Below are positions 50,435-61,870 of a DNA stretch of 64,000 bases, one piece after another. Made by a program: the position numbers and the translations under genes. This DNA comes from Candidatus Marinacidobacterales bacterium (GTDB taxonomy: Bacteria; Acidobacteriota; Vicinamibacteria; Marinacidobacterales; DATDRI01): assembly GCA_965219415.1 (NCBI GenBank), contig CBDCNP010000002.1:576001-640000 (forward strand). The letters run 5' to 3'. Each line of letters opens with the position of its first letter. Within the stretch, counting starts at the first letter, position 1. The notes under the pieces were generated by a model, which was not told the origin of the DNA, made no database searches, and saw nothing but the letters and a program-made list of their open reading frames with translations.

Positions 50435-53400
50435 ATGAACAACCCCCACAATCACCGAACCGCCTTCATCGTCGCTCTGCTGCTGGTCGCGGTGTCGCTC
50501 AACGCCGCTGCCGAGTCCTATGATCCGAACGTTTACCAAAGCCTGGAGTGGCGTCTCATTGGTCCGCACCGGGGCGGCCGCGTGACAACGGCGGTAGGCG
50601 TTCCCGGACAAGAAAACGTCTACTACCAGGGGGCCACCGGTGGCGGCGTTTGGAAAACCACAGATGCCGGACTCTCCTGGAAGAACATCTCCGACGGTTT
50701 TTTCAAGACCGGCTCGGTGGGCGCGATCGCCGTAGCGCCGTCCAATCCCAATGTCCTCTACGTAGGCATGGGAGAGGTCTGCATCCGGAGCAACTTCTCG
50801 CACGGAGACGGGGTCTACAAATCGACCGACGCCGGCAAAACATGGACCCATATCGGGCTCTCCGACTCCCGCCAGATCGGCCAGATCCGCATCCATCCTG
50901 AAAACCCTGACCTGGTCTACGTCGCGGCACTGGGCCACGTCTTCGGTCCCAATGAGGAACGAGGAGTCTTTCGCTCCAAGGACGGGGGGAACAGCTGGGA
51001 GAAAATCCTTTACATAAATGACAAGACCGGCGCGGTCGACCTGAGCCTGGACGTCACGAGACCCGACGTCATCTACGCAGCCATGTGGCAAGTCATTCGA
51101 AAACCATGGGGAATCCTGCCGCAAGGGCCGGGAAGTGGTATCTACAAAACGACGAACGGCGGAGATTCCTGGGAAGAGCTCACCGGCGGATTGCCGGGGA
51201 CGGATCTCGGTAGGATTGGTGTCTCGGTCTCTCCCATCAATCCCAACCGAGTCTGGGCGCTGGTCGAAGCCGACGGCGGCGATCTTTTTCTTTCCGACGA
51301 CGCCGGCGCCAATTGGTCTATGGTGAACCACGACTTTCACCTGCAACGCCGACCCTACTATTACGGCCACATCTATGCCGACTCTCAGGAGGTCGACACG
51401 GTCTACGTCCTCACCTCTCCCTTCATGAAGTCGATCGACGCGGGAAAATCCTTCGAGCACGTCGAAGTGCCCCACGGGGACAACCACAACCTTTGGATCG
51501 CTCCCGACAACAACAAACGCATGATCAACGCCAACGACGGTGGCGCCAACGTTTCCTTCGACGGAGGCAAGAGTTGGAGCCGAGTCGATAACCAGCCTAC
51601 CGCTCAGTTCTACTGGGTCATCACCGACGACCGATTCCCCTACCGCGTCTACGGTGCCCAGCAAGACAACACCACCGTCTCCATTGCCAGCCGGACCGCA
51701 ACTCCCGGAATTGCGGCGAGCGATTGGTACGCAGTGGCGGGCGGCGAGAGTGGTTACATTGCTCCCAAACCGGGAGACCCGGACGTCACCTACGGTGGCA
51801 GCTATTGGGGATTTATGACCCGTCACGATCGCCGCAACGGTGAAAACCGCGATGTTTCCCCTTGGCCGGCGCGGCCCATGGGGCGGGTGGGAGCAGGACT
51901 CAAGTACCGTTTCAACTGGACGTATCCGATTGTGATCTCGCCGCATGACCCCAACACCGTCTACGTCGGGGCAAACGTTTTGTTCCGCTCCACGAACGAA
52001 GGGCAGACCTGGGACGCAATCAGCCCCGACCTAACTCATGACGACAAGAGCAAACAGCAGCTGGCTCGACTCTCCGACTTCTACTGCACGATCACTTCCA
52101 TCACCGAGTCGAAGCTGCAAAAGGGTTTGCTCTGGGTGGGGTCCGATGACGGGAGGGCCCACCTGACCCGGAATGGAGGGCGAGACTGGCTCGAGGTCAC
52201 ACCTCCCGAAATGGAAGCGTGGAGCCGCATCAACCTGATCGAGTCCTCGCCTCATGAGGCTGGCTCGGCGTACATGGCGGTGAACCGCTACCACCTCGAC
52301 GACTACCGACCGTACATCTACAAGACGAAGGACTTCGGGCAAAGCTGGAAATTGGTCGGGAAAGGCATCGCCGAAGATGCGTTCGTAAGAACGGTGCGCG
52401 AAGATCCCGAAAGGCGGGGGCTCCTCTACGCCGGTACTGAAACGGGGGTCTATGTCTCTTGGGACGACGGAGAGAACTGGCAATCGCTGCAACGCAACCT
52501 GCCCGTTGTGCCGATTACCGACCTCGCGGTCAAGAACGATGACCTAGTCGCCGCCACTCAAGGCCGCGCCTTCTGGATCCTGGATGATCTAACCGCACTG
52601 CATCAGCTCACCCCCGACGCCGCCGCTTCTCCCGTATTTCTTTTCGAGCCGCGCGCGGCCTACCGCGTGAGAAGGGGCCGCTCGTTTCTCCGGGACCCCA
52701 ACGTCGGCCAGAATCCCCCCGACGGCGTCATTGTGGACTTTCTGCTTCAAGAGGGTTCAGACGAAGCGAGCCTCGAATTTCTAGATGCCGATGGCACCAT
52801 CATAAAGACATTCTCGAGCTCGGACGAGGCGTCGAACGTGACCGCGGAAAAAGGGCTCAATCGTTTCGTTTGGGATCTGCGCTATCCCGATGGATCCGAT
52901 CTCACAAATGGCAGCCACCTGTTCGGCGGCAACCTCCGTGGGCCCATGGCCGTCCCGGGCATTTATCGGGTCCGCCTAACCGCGGCGGGTGAAACGAAAA
53001 GTGCTTCTTTCGAGATCAAAAAAGATCCGAGGGTAGCTGCCACCCGCGAAGATCTTCAGGCACAATTCGACTTGCTCATAGAGGTCCGCGACGGTGTGAG
53101 CGATGCCCACCAAGCCGCGAACAAGATACTCGCCGTGAAAAAACGTCTTCAGGATGTATCGCCTGGCAACGAAAATATAGACAAGCGGTTGAAGGAGGTC
53201 GACGGGAAGCTAACGGCAGTCCTCGACGAACTGGTGGAGTTTCGCTTCCGCGGCATCGACGACCAGATGCTCGTCTACCCGCTGCAGCTGAATGCAAAGA
53301 TCGCATCTTTACAGAGAGTGGTCGCGAGCGCCGAACATCGACCCACCGATCAGTCGGTGGATGTCTTTAGAGAGCTACGGTCTCAGCTCGACACGCAGCT

Positions 53401-53506
53401 CAGCAGGGTCGACGCCATCATGGCGAACGACGTCAAGGCGCTGAACCGATTGCTCAGAGACAAGGGCCTCCGCGAAGTGAGCACCGACCGGGCCGAGCCG
53501 GAGTGA
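50435..53506 (+). CDS. Secreted VPS10/BNR-repeat (sortilin-like) glycosyl-hydrolase-like protein
   Basis: Signal peptide; many Asp-box repeats (KTTDAG.SW, KSTDAGKTW, RSKDGG.SW); 'WRLIGP.RGGR'. Confidence 0.88.
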   Translation: MNNPHNHRTAFIVALLLVAVSLNAAAESYDPNVYQSLEWRLIGPHRGGRVTTAVGVPGQENVYYQGATGGGVWKTTDAGLSWKNISDGFFKTGSVGAIAVAPSNPNVLYVGMGEVCIRSNFSHGDGVYKSTDAGKTWTHIGLSDSRQIGQIRIHPENPDLVYVAALGHVFGPNEERGVFRSKDGGNSWEKILYINDKTGAVDLSLDVTRPDVIYAAMWQVIRKPWGILPQGPGSGIYKTTNGGDSWEELTGGLPGTDLGRIGVSVSPINPNRVWALVEADGGDLFLSDDAGANWSMVNHDFHLQRRPYYYGHIYADSQEVDTVYVLTSPFMKSIDAGKSFEHVEVPHGDNHNLWIAPDNNKRMINANDGGANVSFDGGKSWSRVDNQPTAQFYWVITDDRFPYRVYGAQQDNTTVSIASRTATPGIAASDWYAVAGGESGYIAPKPGDPDVTYGGSYWGFMTRHDRRNGENRDVSPWPARPMGRVGAGLKYRFNWTYPIVISPHDPNTVYVGANVLFRSTNEGQTWDAISPDLTHDDKSKQQLARLSDFYCTITSITESKLQKGLLWVGSDDGRAHLTRNGGRDWLEVTPPEMEAWSRINLIESSPHEAGSAYMAVNRYHLDDYRPYIYKTKDFGQSWKLVGKGIAEDAFVRTVREDPERRGLLYAGTETGVYVSWDDGENWQSLQRNLPVVPITDLAVKNDDLVAATQGRAFWILDDLTALHQLTPDAAASPVFLFEPRAAYRVRRGRSFLRDPNVGQNPPDGVIVDFLLQEGSDEASLEFLDADGTIIKTFSSSDEASNVTAEKGLNRFVWDLRYPDGSDLTNGSHLFGGNLRGPMAVPGIYRVRLTAAGETKSASFEIKKDPRVAATREDLQAQFDLLIEVRDGVSDAHQAANKILAVKKRLQDVSPGNENIDKRLKEVDGKLTAVLDELVEFRFRGIDDQMLVYPLQLNAKIASLQRVVASAEHRPTDQSVDVFRELRSQLDTQLSRVDAIMANDVKALNRLLRDKGLREVSTDRAEPE

Positions 53507-53560
53507 CCGACGGTCTGGCCACGCGATGAAGATCTTGATAACCTTGCCGGAATTCCCACC

Positions 53561-54034
53561 ATGACCGCGAGGCTCGATCATCTGAAGGACTCTTACCGCG
53601 TGCTGGGGGCTCGGCTAAACGCCCCCCCGGAAGAGCTCAAGCGGGTGTACCGGAGCCTGGTCAAGCAGTGGCACCCCGATCGCTACCCGGCACGCTCCGT
53701 GGAACAGGAAGAGGCTTCCCTCCGAATGAGGCAAATCAACATTGCGTACCGTGAGGTTCGTAACGCCCCTCTCCGCTACTTCGATCCTGTCGCGCCCCGG
53801 GCGGAGGCGGTGATTCCCCCTGCCGTCATGAGATCGTGGCAGCATAGGTCATCGTCGTTCGATTCCGTGATCACCGGGATGCGCTTTTTTGTAGGCGCGT
53901 TCTTCGGCGCCGCGTTCGGGGTCATGATGATGTTCCGTTCCGTCCCGGCCCCCTGGCTGTACGGACCGATCTTGGCGGCTGTGCGGCCGGTTACCTGGCG
54001 GTACGCGTGGGTGACGAGGTCTGGGAAGTCTTGA
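53561..54034 (+). CDS. J-domain (DnaJ-like) membrane protein
   Basis: 'YRVLG', 'QWHPDR', 'IN.AY'; C-terminal TM. Confidence 0.75.
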   Translation: MTARLDHLKDSYRVLGARLNAPPEELKRVYRSLVKQWHPDRYPARSVEQEEASLRMRQINIAYREVRNAPLRYFDPVAPRAEAVIPPAVMRSWQHRSSSFDSVITGMRFFVGAFFGAAFGVMMMFRSVPAPWLYGPILAAVRPVTWRYAWVTRSGKS

Positions 54035-54125
54035 CGACGCCTTTCGGGAAGGCATGAGACGGCGACTGCCCTTTCAATCGACCTAGAGTGAGTCTCTCGA
54101 ATTGTGCTAGCATATACCCCGCCTT

Positions 54126-54533
54126 ATGATTAAGCACAAGCCGCTCTTCACGTCGGAGGCCGTTACCCGAGGCGTTCGAGTGCACGTCGTCTGCAAGTAC
54201 TCCCCCGACCACTCTCAGCCTGAAGTGAACCGCTGGTTCTTCCTCTACACTGTCAAGATCGCCAACGAAGGGACGGAACCGGTCCAACTTGTGAGCCGTC
54301 ACTGGATCATCGAAGACGCCGACGGCAACGTGGAAGAAGTACGGGGACCGGGCGTAGTGGGGCAGCAGCCCGATCTCGCTCCCGGTGAGTCCTTTCAGTA
54401 CACGTCCGGCTGCCCGCTGACGACCCCGTTCGGCTCGATGCGCGGCACGTACCAAATGGTGTCGGAAGCAGGCGCGAGCTTCGACGCGAACATCGCCCCC
54501 TTCACCCTCAGCGAGCCTTACACGATTCACTAG
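54126..54533 (+). CDS. apaG: ApaG protein
   Basis: 'VQLVSRHWII.DADG', 'VRGPGVVGQQP', 'YTSGCPLTTPFGSMRGTY'. Confidence 0.95.
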   Translation: MIKHKPLFTSEAVTRGVRVHVVCKYSPDHSQPEVNRWFFLYTVKIANEGTEPVQLVSRHWIIEDADGNVEEVRGPGVVGQQPDLAPGESFQYTSGCPLTTPFGSMRGTYQMVSEAGASFDANIAPFTLSEPYTIH

Positions 54534-54610
54534 GCACTAGCATTCCACCTTTATTTGTCGATGGACCCTATTCCCCAGGAGATCTTTTCGAGGACTTCCG
54601 CCCGTTTCGG

Positions 54611-55438
54611 ATGAGCGAAAAACCAATGGCGAAAAAGAAACACAAACTCACCGCAAGAAACGCCGACAAACACTGGTTGTATGAACAGAGTGTTCAAGCA
54701 CCCGAGGCGGACACTCGGTTTTTCGCTCGTTATTACAAGAAACTCACTGGTCGGAACGCTCGCGTCATGCGAGAAGATTTTTGCGGGACTGCCGCGCTTT
54801 CATGTCACTGGGTAAAGCTGCACCGAGAAAACCATTCCATCGGTGTGGATTTCGATGCCTCGGTACTCAAGTGGTCACGCGCGCACAATGTCAGTGAGCT
54901 GACCGAAGAACAGCGAGGGCGTCTGCACCTGATTCGAAACAACGTACTTACGGTTCGCCATCCGAAGGCCGACGTCGTAGCCGCCATGAACTTTAGCTAC
55001 TCGATTTTCAAAACCCGCGAAACGCTCGGCGCATACATCAAGAACGCCTACCGCTCTTTGAACAAGCGCGGTGTCCTCTGCATGGATGCATGGGGCGGCC
55101 CTGACACCCTCATCACAGACGTAGAAAAACGCCGACAGCACGGTTTTACCTATGTGTGGGACCAAGCCGACTTCGACCCGATCACGTTTCATATTCTTTG
55201 CAAGATCCACTTCGAGTTTCGTGACGGCTCGCGGATGCGCAACGCGTTCGTCTACGACTGGCGTCTGTGGACGCTACCGGAGATGCAGGAGCTCATGGTC
55301 GAGGCCGGTTTCAAAGATGTGCACGTCCTCTGGGAGGGCACGGAGCGTGGCACCGGAACAGGCAACGGTGTCTTTCGCCGCGCCAGCAAAGGAGGAGACG
55401 AGGCGGCGTGGATCGCCTATGTCATCGGTCGAAAGTGA
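54611..55438 (+). CDS. Class I SAM-dependent methyltransferase-like protein
   Basis: 'LYEQSVQ.PE', 'REDFCGTA', 'GVDFD', 'NFSY', 'AFVYDWRLWTLPE'. Confidence 0.8.
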   Translation: MSEKPMAKKKHKLTARNADKHWLYEQSVQAPEADTRFFARYYKKLTGRNARVMREDFCGTAALSCHWVKLHRENHSIGVDFDASVLKWSRAHNVSELTEEQRGRLHLIRNNVLTVRHPKADVVAAMNFSYSIFKTRETLGAYIKNAYRSLNKRGVLCMDAWGGPDTLITDVEKRRQHGFTYVWDQADFDPITFHILCKIHFEFRDGSRMRNAFVYDWRLWTLPEMQELMVEAGFKDVHVLWEGTERGTGTGNGVFRRASKGGDEAAWIAYVIGRK

Positions 55439-55442
55439 TGCA

Positions 55443-56348
55443 GTGGGCCTAAACCAAGGCTACTCCTATCGAAAGACATTGGGCTCGGAAGCCGCCGATC
55501 TCACCGTCCTCGAATACCTCGGCCGAAGCTTCCGACATTCTTCCCCGGATCAGTGGCGAGCTAGGATCGAAGCGGGACTCGTCCTGCTCGACGGAGAGCC
55601 CGTCGCTTCCGGTGAAGCCATCCACGCCGGTCAAACTCTGGTATGGCTTCGACCGCCCTGGCAAGAACCGAGTGCCCCCGTTTCCTTCGCAGTCCTCCAC
55701 GAGGACGAGCACCTGCTGGCTATTGCCAAACCGGCCGGGCTTCCGACACTTCCCGGTGGCGGCTTCCTGGCCAACACGCTTCTCGGTATCGTGCGCAAAC
55801 ACTATCCAGAAGCGACGCCCCTTCACCGATTGGGCCGTGCGACGTCCGGGATCATGCTCTGGGCACGAACCGGTCTGGCACGTCGCAGGTTGCGGCAAGC
55901 TTGGGAAACAGACGTGGTCAGAGTGTACCGGGCGTTGGTCCAAGGCGTGATCCTTGAGGAGGAACTAACCGTCGAAACACCCATCGGGCCGGTACCGCAC
56001 TTGCTGCTGGGTACCGTCCATGCGGCGACCCCCTCCGGCAAGCCTTCTCAGAGTCGGGTCCGCACGCTCGGGCGATCGAGCGACACGTCCTTGGTCGAGG
56101 TTCTATTGGAAACCGGGAGGCCCCATCAAATCCGTATCCACCTCGCAGCGGCCGGCTATCCACTGGTTGGAGATCCGCTTTACGAGATGGGTGGCGTGCC
56201 GAAAGCGAAGAGTCGTGCCCTGCCGGGAGACCTCGGCTACCTACTCCACTCGGAGCGGATTACTTTCCGGCATCCCAATACTGAGCGACTCATGGAGGTG
56301 GCGTGTCTTCCACCGCCGCTTCTTAGAACACCCAGAAACACCTTATAA
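55443..56348 (+). CDS. RluA-family pseudouridine synthase homologue (HRLG variant)
   Basis: 'KPAGLPT', 'HRLGRATSG', 'TGRPHQIRIHL...G.PLVGD.LY', 'LHS'. Confidence 0.85.
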   Translation: MGLNQGYSYRKTLGSEAADLTVLEYLGRSFRHSSPDQWRARIEAGLVLLDGEPVASGEAIHAGQTLVWLRPPWQEPSAPVSFAVLHEDEHLLAIAKPAGLPTLPGGGFLANTLLGIVRKHYPEATPLHRLGRATSGIMLWARTGLARRRLRQAWETDVVRVYRALVQGVILEEELTVETPIGPVPHLLLGTVHAATPSGKPSQSRVRTLGRSSDTSLVEVLLETGRPHQIRIHLAAAGYPLVGDPLYEMGGVPKAKSRALPGDLGYLLHSERITFRHPNTERLMEVACLPPPLLRTPRNTL

Positions 56349-56358
56349 TATTCTTCCT

Positions 56359-57090
56359 ATGTCGCGCACCGCCGCCGCGCTCATCATCGGGAACGAGATC
56401 CTGTGCGGCAAGATCCAAGAGAAGAATCTCGGTCAGCTCGCCAAACTCTTGCGACGGCTCGGCATCCATCTAGACCGGGTCGTGATAGTGACGGACAAGG
56501 TGGAGACCATCTCCAAAGAAGTAGCGGCGCTCTCTTCATCCCATGACTTCCTCTTCACGAGCGGCGGAGTCGGCCCAACCCACGACGACGTCACGATGGA
56601 GGGGGTCGCTGCTGCTTTCGGTGTACCGGTGGTGAGCGATCCCGTCCTCGAAGGGAAACTGCGAAGCCACTTCGGGAACAGCATCAACGAGAGCCACCTC
56701 CGCTTGGCACTGGTACCGAAGGGTGCCCAGCTACTCTCCAAGGCCGAGTCGCTTTGGCCGGCGACGGTCATGGAAAACGTCTGGATCCTGCCGGGCATTC
56801 CGGAAGTGTTTCAGAAGAAACTGCCGATCGTGGAAGAGCACTTGGGCGGAGACCTTCCATTCCTTTCGCGCGCGGTTTACACCAAGCTGGATGAAGCCGA
56901 TCTCGCTCATATGCTGAACAAAGTCGTGGGCAGCCACCCGACGGTCGACATCGGCTCCTACCCGACGTGGGCCGATCAAAAATACAACACCAAGCTGACC
57001 TTCGACGGGAAGGACGAGGGCGCCATTACCCGAGCGGTGGATGAGTTCGTAGCCTTGCTGCCCGATGGCGAGCCCCAATGGATCGAATAG
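56359..57090 (+). CDS. Molybdopterin-binding / CinA N-terminal domain protein
   Basis: 'IIGNEIL.GK', 'TSGGVGPTHDDVT', 'LPGIP', 'IGSYP'. Confidence 0.85.
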   Translation: MSRTAAALIIGNEILCGKIQEKNLGQLAKLLRRLGIHLDRVVIVTDKVETISKEVAALSSSHDFLFTSGGVGPTHDDVTMEGVAAAFGVPVVSDPVLEGKLRSHFGNSINESHLRLALVPKGAQLLSKAESLWPATVMENVWILPGIPEVFQKKLPIVEEHLGGDLPFLSRAVYTKLDEADLAHMLNKVVGSHPTVDIGSYPTWADQKYNTKLTFDGKDEGAITRAVDEFVALLPDGEPQWIE

Positions 57091-57116
57091 CCCTTCGGAG
57101 GGGCGAGGAGGTACCC

Positions 57117-58566
57117 ATGAGGTCGATCGTTTCCATATCTTTTTGTCTCCTCTTTTCCGCCACGGTGCACGCTCAGTTCTTCGAGCCCGATGTCTATGAG
57201 GCTCGGCGAGAGGTCGTGCTCGAAAAGCTGGGTGAGGCGATGGCTATCGTTCCTGGGTACTCCGGGGCGCTGGGCATGGGGGTCTACCGACAGTCGACTC
57301 ACCTCATTTACTTGGCAGGTGTGGAAGCTCCCAACGCCTATTTGCTCCTGGACGGTCGGTCGAAACGGACGCTGTTGTTCCTTCCCGAGCTTACTCAGTT
57401 CCTAAGGCCGCAGTTCCCTACCGAGGACAAAGAGGCACTGCTGGAAGCGCCCTGGAATCGTCCTCCAGGACGCCTTTCTCCTGGGAGTGCAGGCGGTGGC
57501 ATCGACGGGAATCGAAGAGGTCTACAGCCTGGCAGCCTTCTGGGACGAGGTCGAGCCGTTGGCCCGTCAGGCCTCGCGGATCTTCGTCGATTACGACGAC
57601 CGAACGATCTGGGCACCGTCCCCTTTGGGGCCCCTCCGAACACCGGGCCGACAAGTGGCGGACCGTCTGCAGGATCTATTGCCCACCAAGCAGCTAGAAA
57701 ACCTCGCCCCCATGATCCGCAAGATGCGGCTCGTGAAAGACCAGGCCGAGATCGACACTCTCCGACGCGGCGTAGAGATAACGTGTAACGGTATCAACGA
57801 AGTGATACGAACGGTCCGCCCCGGGATGACGGAGCTCGAAGTGGCGGGACTCCTGGACTACGAATGGAAGAAGCAAGGAGGGCAGCGCGTCGCCTTCGAT
57901 TCCATCATCCATTCCGGCCCTACCTCGATGCTCTATTTCACCATGCCCTGGGAAACTTATGACGCCTATTCCCGACGGATCGAACAGAGCGACCTCGTGT
58001 TCGTCGACGTCGGCACGGAGTACAACTTCTACGGTACCGATGTTTGCCGCACTGTTCCCGCTTCGGGACGTTTCGACCCCATACAGCGAAAGTACTACCA
58101 GATCGTCCTGGAGGCATCGAATGCTGCTTTGGCGCACATTCGCCCCGGGGCAATGATGGAAGACGTCGTCCGCGCGTCGGCGGAAGTGTTCAAGAAGCAC
58201 GGTCTCGATGAGTACGAGAACATTGCCACCGTGGGGATCGACAACATTTGGGGCCCCATGCCGTCGCCCACTCACTACGTAAACCGGGCGAAGGGTCTCC
58301 TTGCCGGGGTTCGCGATTTAGGCCACCACGTGGGCCTCCGAGCGGTGGAAGGCCGCGACTACGGCGAGCCAATGCAAGCGGGATGGATGTTCACGGTCGA
58401 GCCGAAACTCTTCGTCATCGACCAAAGATTCGGAATCATGATCGAGGATCAAGTGCTGGTGACCGAAGACGGCATGGAGAATCTCTCTCGATCGTCCCCG
58501 AGGACGGTGGAAGAGATCGAGGCGCTCATGGCAAGGGGGCCTTCGACTGACTCCGGACGCCGCTGA
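57117..58566 (+). CDS. Secreted Xaa-Pro aminopeptidase (M24B), frameshift near 57485
   Basis: Signal peptide; 'RLVKD..EI', 'VDVG', 'DVCRT', 'GHHVGL', 'TVEP', 'IEDQVLVT'. Confidence 0.85.
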
Positions 58567-58595
58567 ACGCCGCTATTGCCGAATCGAGGTTGTCG

Positions 58596-59000
58596 ATGGC
58601 AGGAATGTCTTCTCCAAGCGAGCCCGCGAATCGGCCGGTGGAACGAAAGCACGGCGTAAGCTCCGAGCGGGAGCGTCGATGGGGAGTCATCGGCAGCATT
58701 TCGGGCAGCCTCGTCGGTGGCGGGGCCGCCCTGGTCGGCGTCTTCATCGACGGCATGCCCTGGTATGCGTCGGGCGCCTATCCTCGCGTGTTTGTAGAAC
58801 AGCGGCTCCTCGCGATCGACATCTACTTGATGGCGGTGCTTGTCGTCGGCATGGCGTTTTCGACCGCCGGGATCGTGTATTCTCGCCGCAGCCCTTACCC
58901 CAGGACCGACGCCTTCGGCGCGGGTTTGATGGGAACGATCTTGATGGCCCTGGGCGGCGTCATTCTCTTCATTCGCCTCGTGGCGCTCATCCGAGGATAG
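58596..59000 (+). CDS. Hypothetical membrane protein (3 TM)
   Basis: Three hydrophobic segments; co-oriented with the operon. Confidence 0.55.
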   Translation: MAGMSSPSEPANRPVERKHGVSSERERRWGVIGSISGSLVGGGAALVGVFIDGMPWYASGAYPRVFVEQRLLAIDIYLMAVLVVGMAFSTAGIVYSRRSPYPRTDAFGAGLMGTILMALGGVILFIRLVALIRG

Positions 59001-59012
59001 CCTCGCCGCTGC

Positions 59013-61047
59013 TCACTCCGACATTGGCAAAGCATCTACGCGATCGGGCGGCGCCTTCTCCCAGACATGAGCCCTTCCCAGGGCGTGCTTTTCGAACCAA
59101 TCGAGCTCGACGTTCATCTTGAACAACTCGTGGCGGAGCTCCCGCCAGCCATGAGGCTCTCGCGGCGCAATGTCCAGATGGGTGGGGACACCATTCGTCC
59201 GAAGAGCTCGGTAGAGCTCTACCGACTGCGGAGGCGGCACCCGAACGTCGTTCTCTCCAACGAGAACGATGGTCGGCGTCTTGACTTTCCAAATGTCTTT
59301 TAGGGGCGAGTGCTCCCAGTAGACTTCGATGGGCGCGTTCTTCTGCCAAGGCGTGCCGCCGAACCAGGGAGTCCGATAGATGCGAACGTCACTCTGGCCG
59401 TACATGGAAATCCAGTTCACCGCGCCGGCTCCCGAGGACGCTGCTTTGAAGCGGTCGGTGTGGGTGATGATCTTGTTGGTCATGTGTCCCCCGCCGCTCC
59501 AACCCATCTTGGCCATCCGCTCTCCGTCGGCGATGCCAAGCTCGATGACGTGATCGACACCTGCCATGACATCCAGGTGCGCGTTCTGGTAGTAATGGCC
59601 GACCATGTCACGGAGAAACGGGTCACCGTACCCCGTGCTGCCCCGGTAGTTCGGCTTGAGGACCGCATACCCTTTGGCCGCCAGCACCGGGATGTAGTCT
59701 CTCCATCGGGGGAATCCGAACTTGTCGGATGATGCGGGCCCGCCATGCGTTTGGACGACGAGGGGGTAACGCTGCCCGGGTTGGTAGTCCAGTGGATAGA
59801 ACAGGAGCCCCTCCGCGGTCACACCATCGGCACCCTTCCACTGGATCGCTTCTTGACGCGGTAGCACGAAATCTTTAGACACATAACCAAACACGTCGGT
59901 GGTACGCTTCGGCCTTCCCTCTCGGCTCGCGTCTAGCGTCCACACGTCACCTGGGTTCGTCGGCTCGCCGATGCTGAAGACGTGGCGAGACGCCTTTGGA
60001 ACATATGTCCAGCTTCTCACCGCGTGGTCGCCGTTCGTGAGTTGCGTCAGCTTCTCGGTGGTCACATCGACCGCAAACAGTTCGCGACAAACTCCGGTGT
60101 TGGCGGTGAAGTAAATCGATTTACCGTCAGCCAACCAGCTGGCGTCGTCTATCCCGTGTGGAAGGTCAGACAATAGAAGCCGCGGCTCGCCACCGGTTGC
60201 GTTGACGACAAAGAGGTTCCCGTTGTAGTACGTCTCGAAGTCTTCATTGGAGCCGGTTCGAAACAGAACCACCGCGTTGTCGGGGGAAAGCTCGGCGCCT
60301 CATTCCACCACGGCATTGTCGGTGAGCCGGGCCGCGTCTTCCCCGTTAGCATCCATGACCCATACCTCACTCTCGTCCGAGTCGTCGAAGAGTGGTGTGG
60401 GAGCGCGGTGCAACGCAATTCGCGAACCGTCCAGGGAAAACCTATAGCCCAGGATCGAGTAATCCCCCTCGGTGATCCTTTCTTCGACTCTTTCGTCAGC
60501 CGAGACTCGCCACAAGTGATGCTGCTTGTAGTCCTCGTCGAGGGCCGGGACGTCGTCCTCTTTTTCTTCTCGTGTCTTCTCTTCCTCTGTTTTGGCATCC
60601 GCAGCCAGGAAATAGAGAGACGCCCCGTCCGGAGCCCACTCGATCATCGAGACTGCCGTCTCGTGCTCGGTGACACGTTCCGCCTCGCCACCATGTGGAT
60701 CAATCACGTAAATCTGCTTTTCCTCATCGTTCCCTCGCTTGGCGATGAAGGCGACACCGCTACCGTCGGGCGACCACCGCGGGCGCGACTCTCCCTCGGT
60801 CCCGTTCGTCAACTGAATGTGGACTGAGCCATCCGTTTTCGACAGCCAAATGTGACGAATCCTTTTGTTCTCTTCCCAGTTAGCTTCCGCGAGAACGAAC
60901 ACCACTTCGTCGCCGCTCGTTAAGCACGGGCACTTCGAGGAGATCGACGAGTGTCATGGGACGCTTGGCCTCGCCGATGGCTCCAGACGCCATCATCAAG
61001 ACGAGGCCGGACGACGACAGAATGAATGAGCTCCATTGAGTCTTCAT
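59013..61047 (-). CDS. Secreted S9-family peptidase with PD40 propeller, frameshifted
   Basis: Signal peptide; 'PRWSPDG' repeats; 'HGGP', 'NYRGSTGYG', GWSGGG, 'DVRVP', 'EPHG' across ORFs 60880-61086, 60300-60905 and 59013-60272. Confidence 0.85.
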
Positions 61048-61206
61048 GAGCTTTCCCCCTTTTACTCGGGGGAGATTGTACAACATAGCGAGGGCATGTG
61101 CCTGATAGACAAGGGGTTAGGGAACGTCGTTTTTTCTGAAACCCTTTCCATCGTTTTTCCGTCTTATGAGAAGGATGAGTTCACTAATTTCTGAAGGAGA
61201 TCCCCG

Positions 61207-61725
61207 ATGAAACAGCTCTTGAGTCGTCTTTTCCTGTTCGGATCGCTTCTGGCCAGTCCGGCATGGGCCTCACAGCAGGTGGTAGAGACCATCGACAAAA
61301 GCTTTACTGTCGATGGCACTCCCGAGATCGACGTCCAGAACGTCGACGGCCCGATCACGATTACCGCCCACCCAAGTTCTGACATCAAAGTAAGAGCCAT
61401 CAAAGAGGTCCATAGGGCCGCTAGCGATGCCGATGCAAAGCAGGCCGCCGACAAGGTGATGGTGGAGATAAATCAAGTCGGCAACCGTATCGAGATGGCG
61501 GCGGAGTACCCCAGAAGCGCTTTCTCATTCGGCCGTGGGCCGTACGTCATCGTCCGTTTCGAGATTTCGACACCTAGGAAGAGTGACGTAGACGCCCACG
61601 CCGTCGATGGTTCTATCGAGGTCGTTGGCCTCGAGGGACGCTTGCAACTCCAGACCGTCGACGGCGATCTTGGAGTGCGGTCTTGTTTGGGTGAGATTTC
61701 CGCTCAACCGTGGACGGAGATTTAG
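61207..61725 (+). CDS. DUF4097/adhesin-like beta-strand repeat protein, probably truncated
   Basis: Signal peptide; 'NVDGPI', 'VDGSI', 'TVDGDL' repeats; AGGAG RBS. Confidence 0.65.
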   Translation: MKQLLSRLFLFGSLLASPAWASQQVVETIDKSFTVDGTPEIDVQNVDGPITITAHPSSDIKVRAIKEVHRAASDADAKQAADKVMVEINQVGNRIEMAAEYPRSAFSFGRGPYVIVRFEISTPRKSDVDAHAVDGSIEVVGLEGRLQLQTVDGDLGVRSCLGEISAQPWTEI

Positions 61726-61870
61726 GATCCGTCCCGCTTCCCGTGGAAATAAGAATGGCGTAACCTCCGGTTAAGCAAAACGAAACCGCGCCTGGAAAGG
61801 CGAGGAGGAGGATTACGCCATGAAGAAGCCTACCACCATATTGAAGGAGTCTGTAAGCGAAGAGTCTGCG

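Noticed and set aside
50414-51946. Long antisense or alternate-frame ORFs (e.g. 50414-51946, 38046-39158, 34197-35495, 478-1377)
   Set aside because: Shadow ORFs of well-supported genes in GC-rich DNA, with no recognisable motifs.
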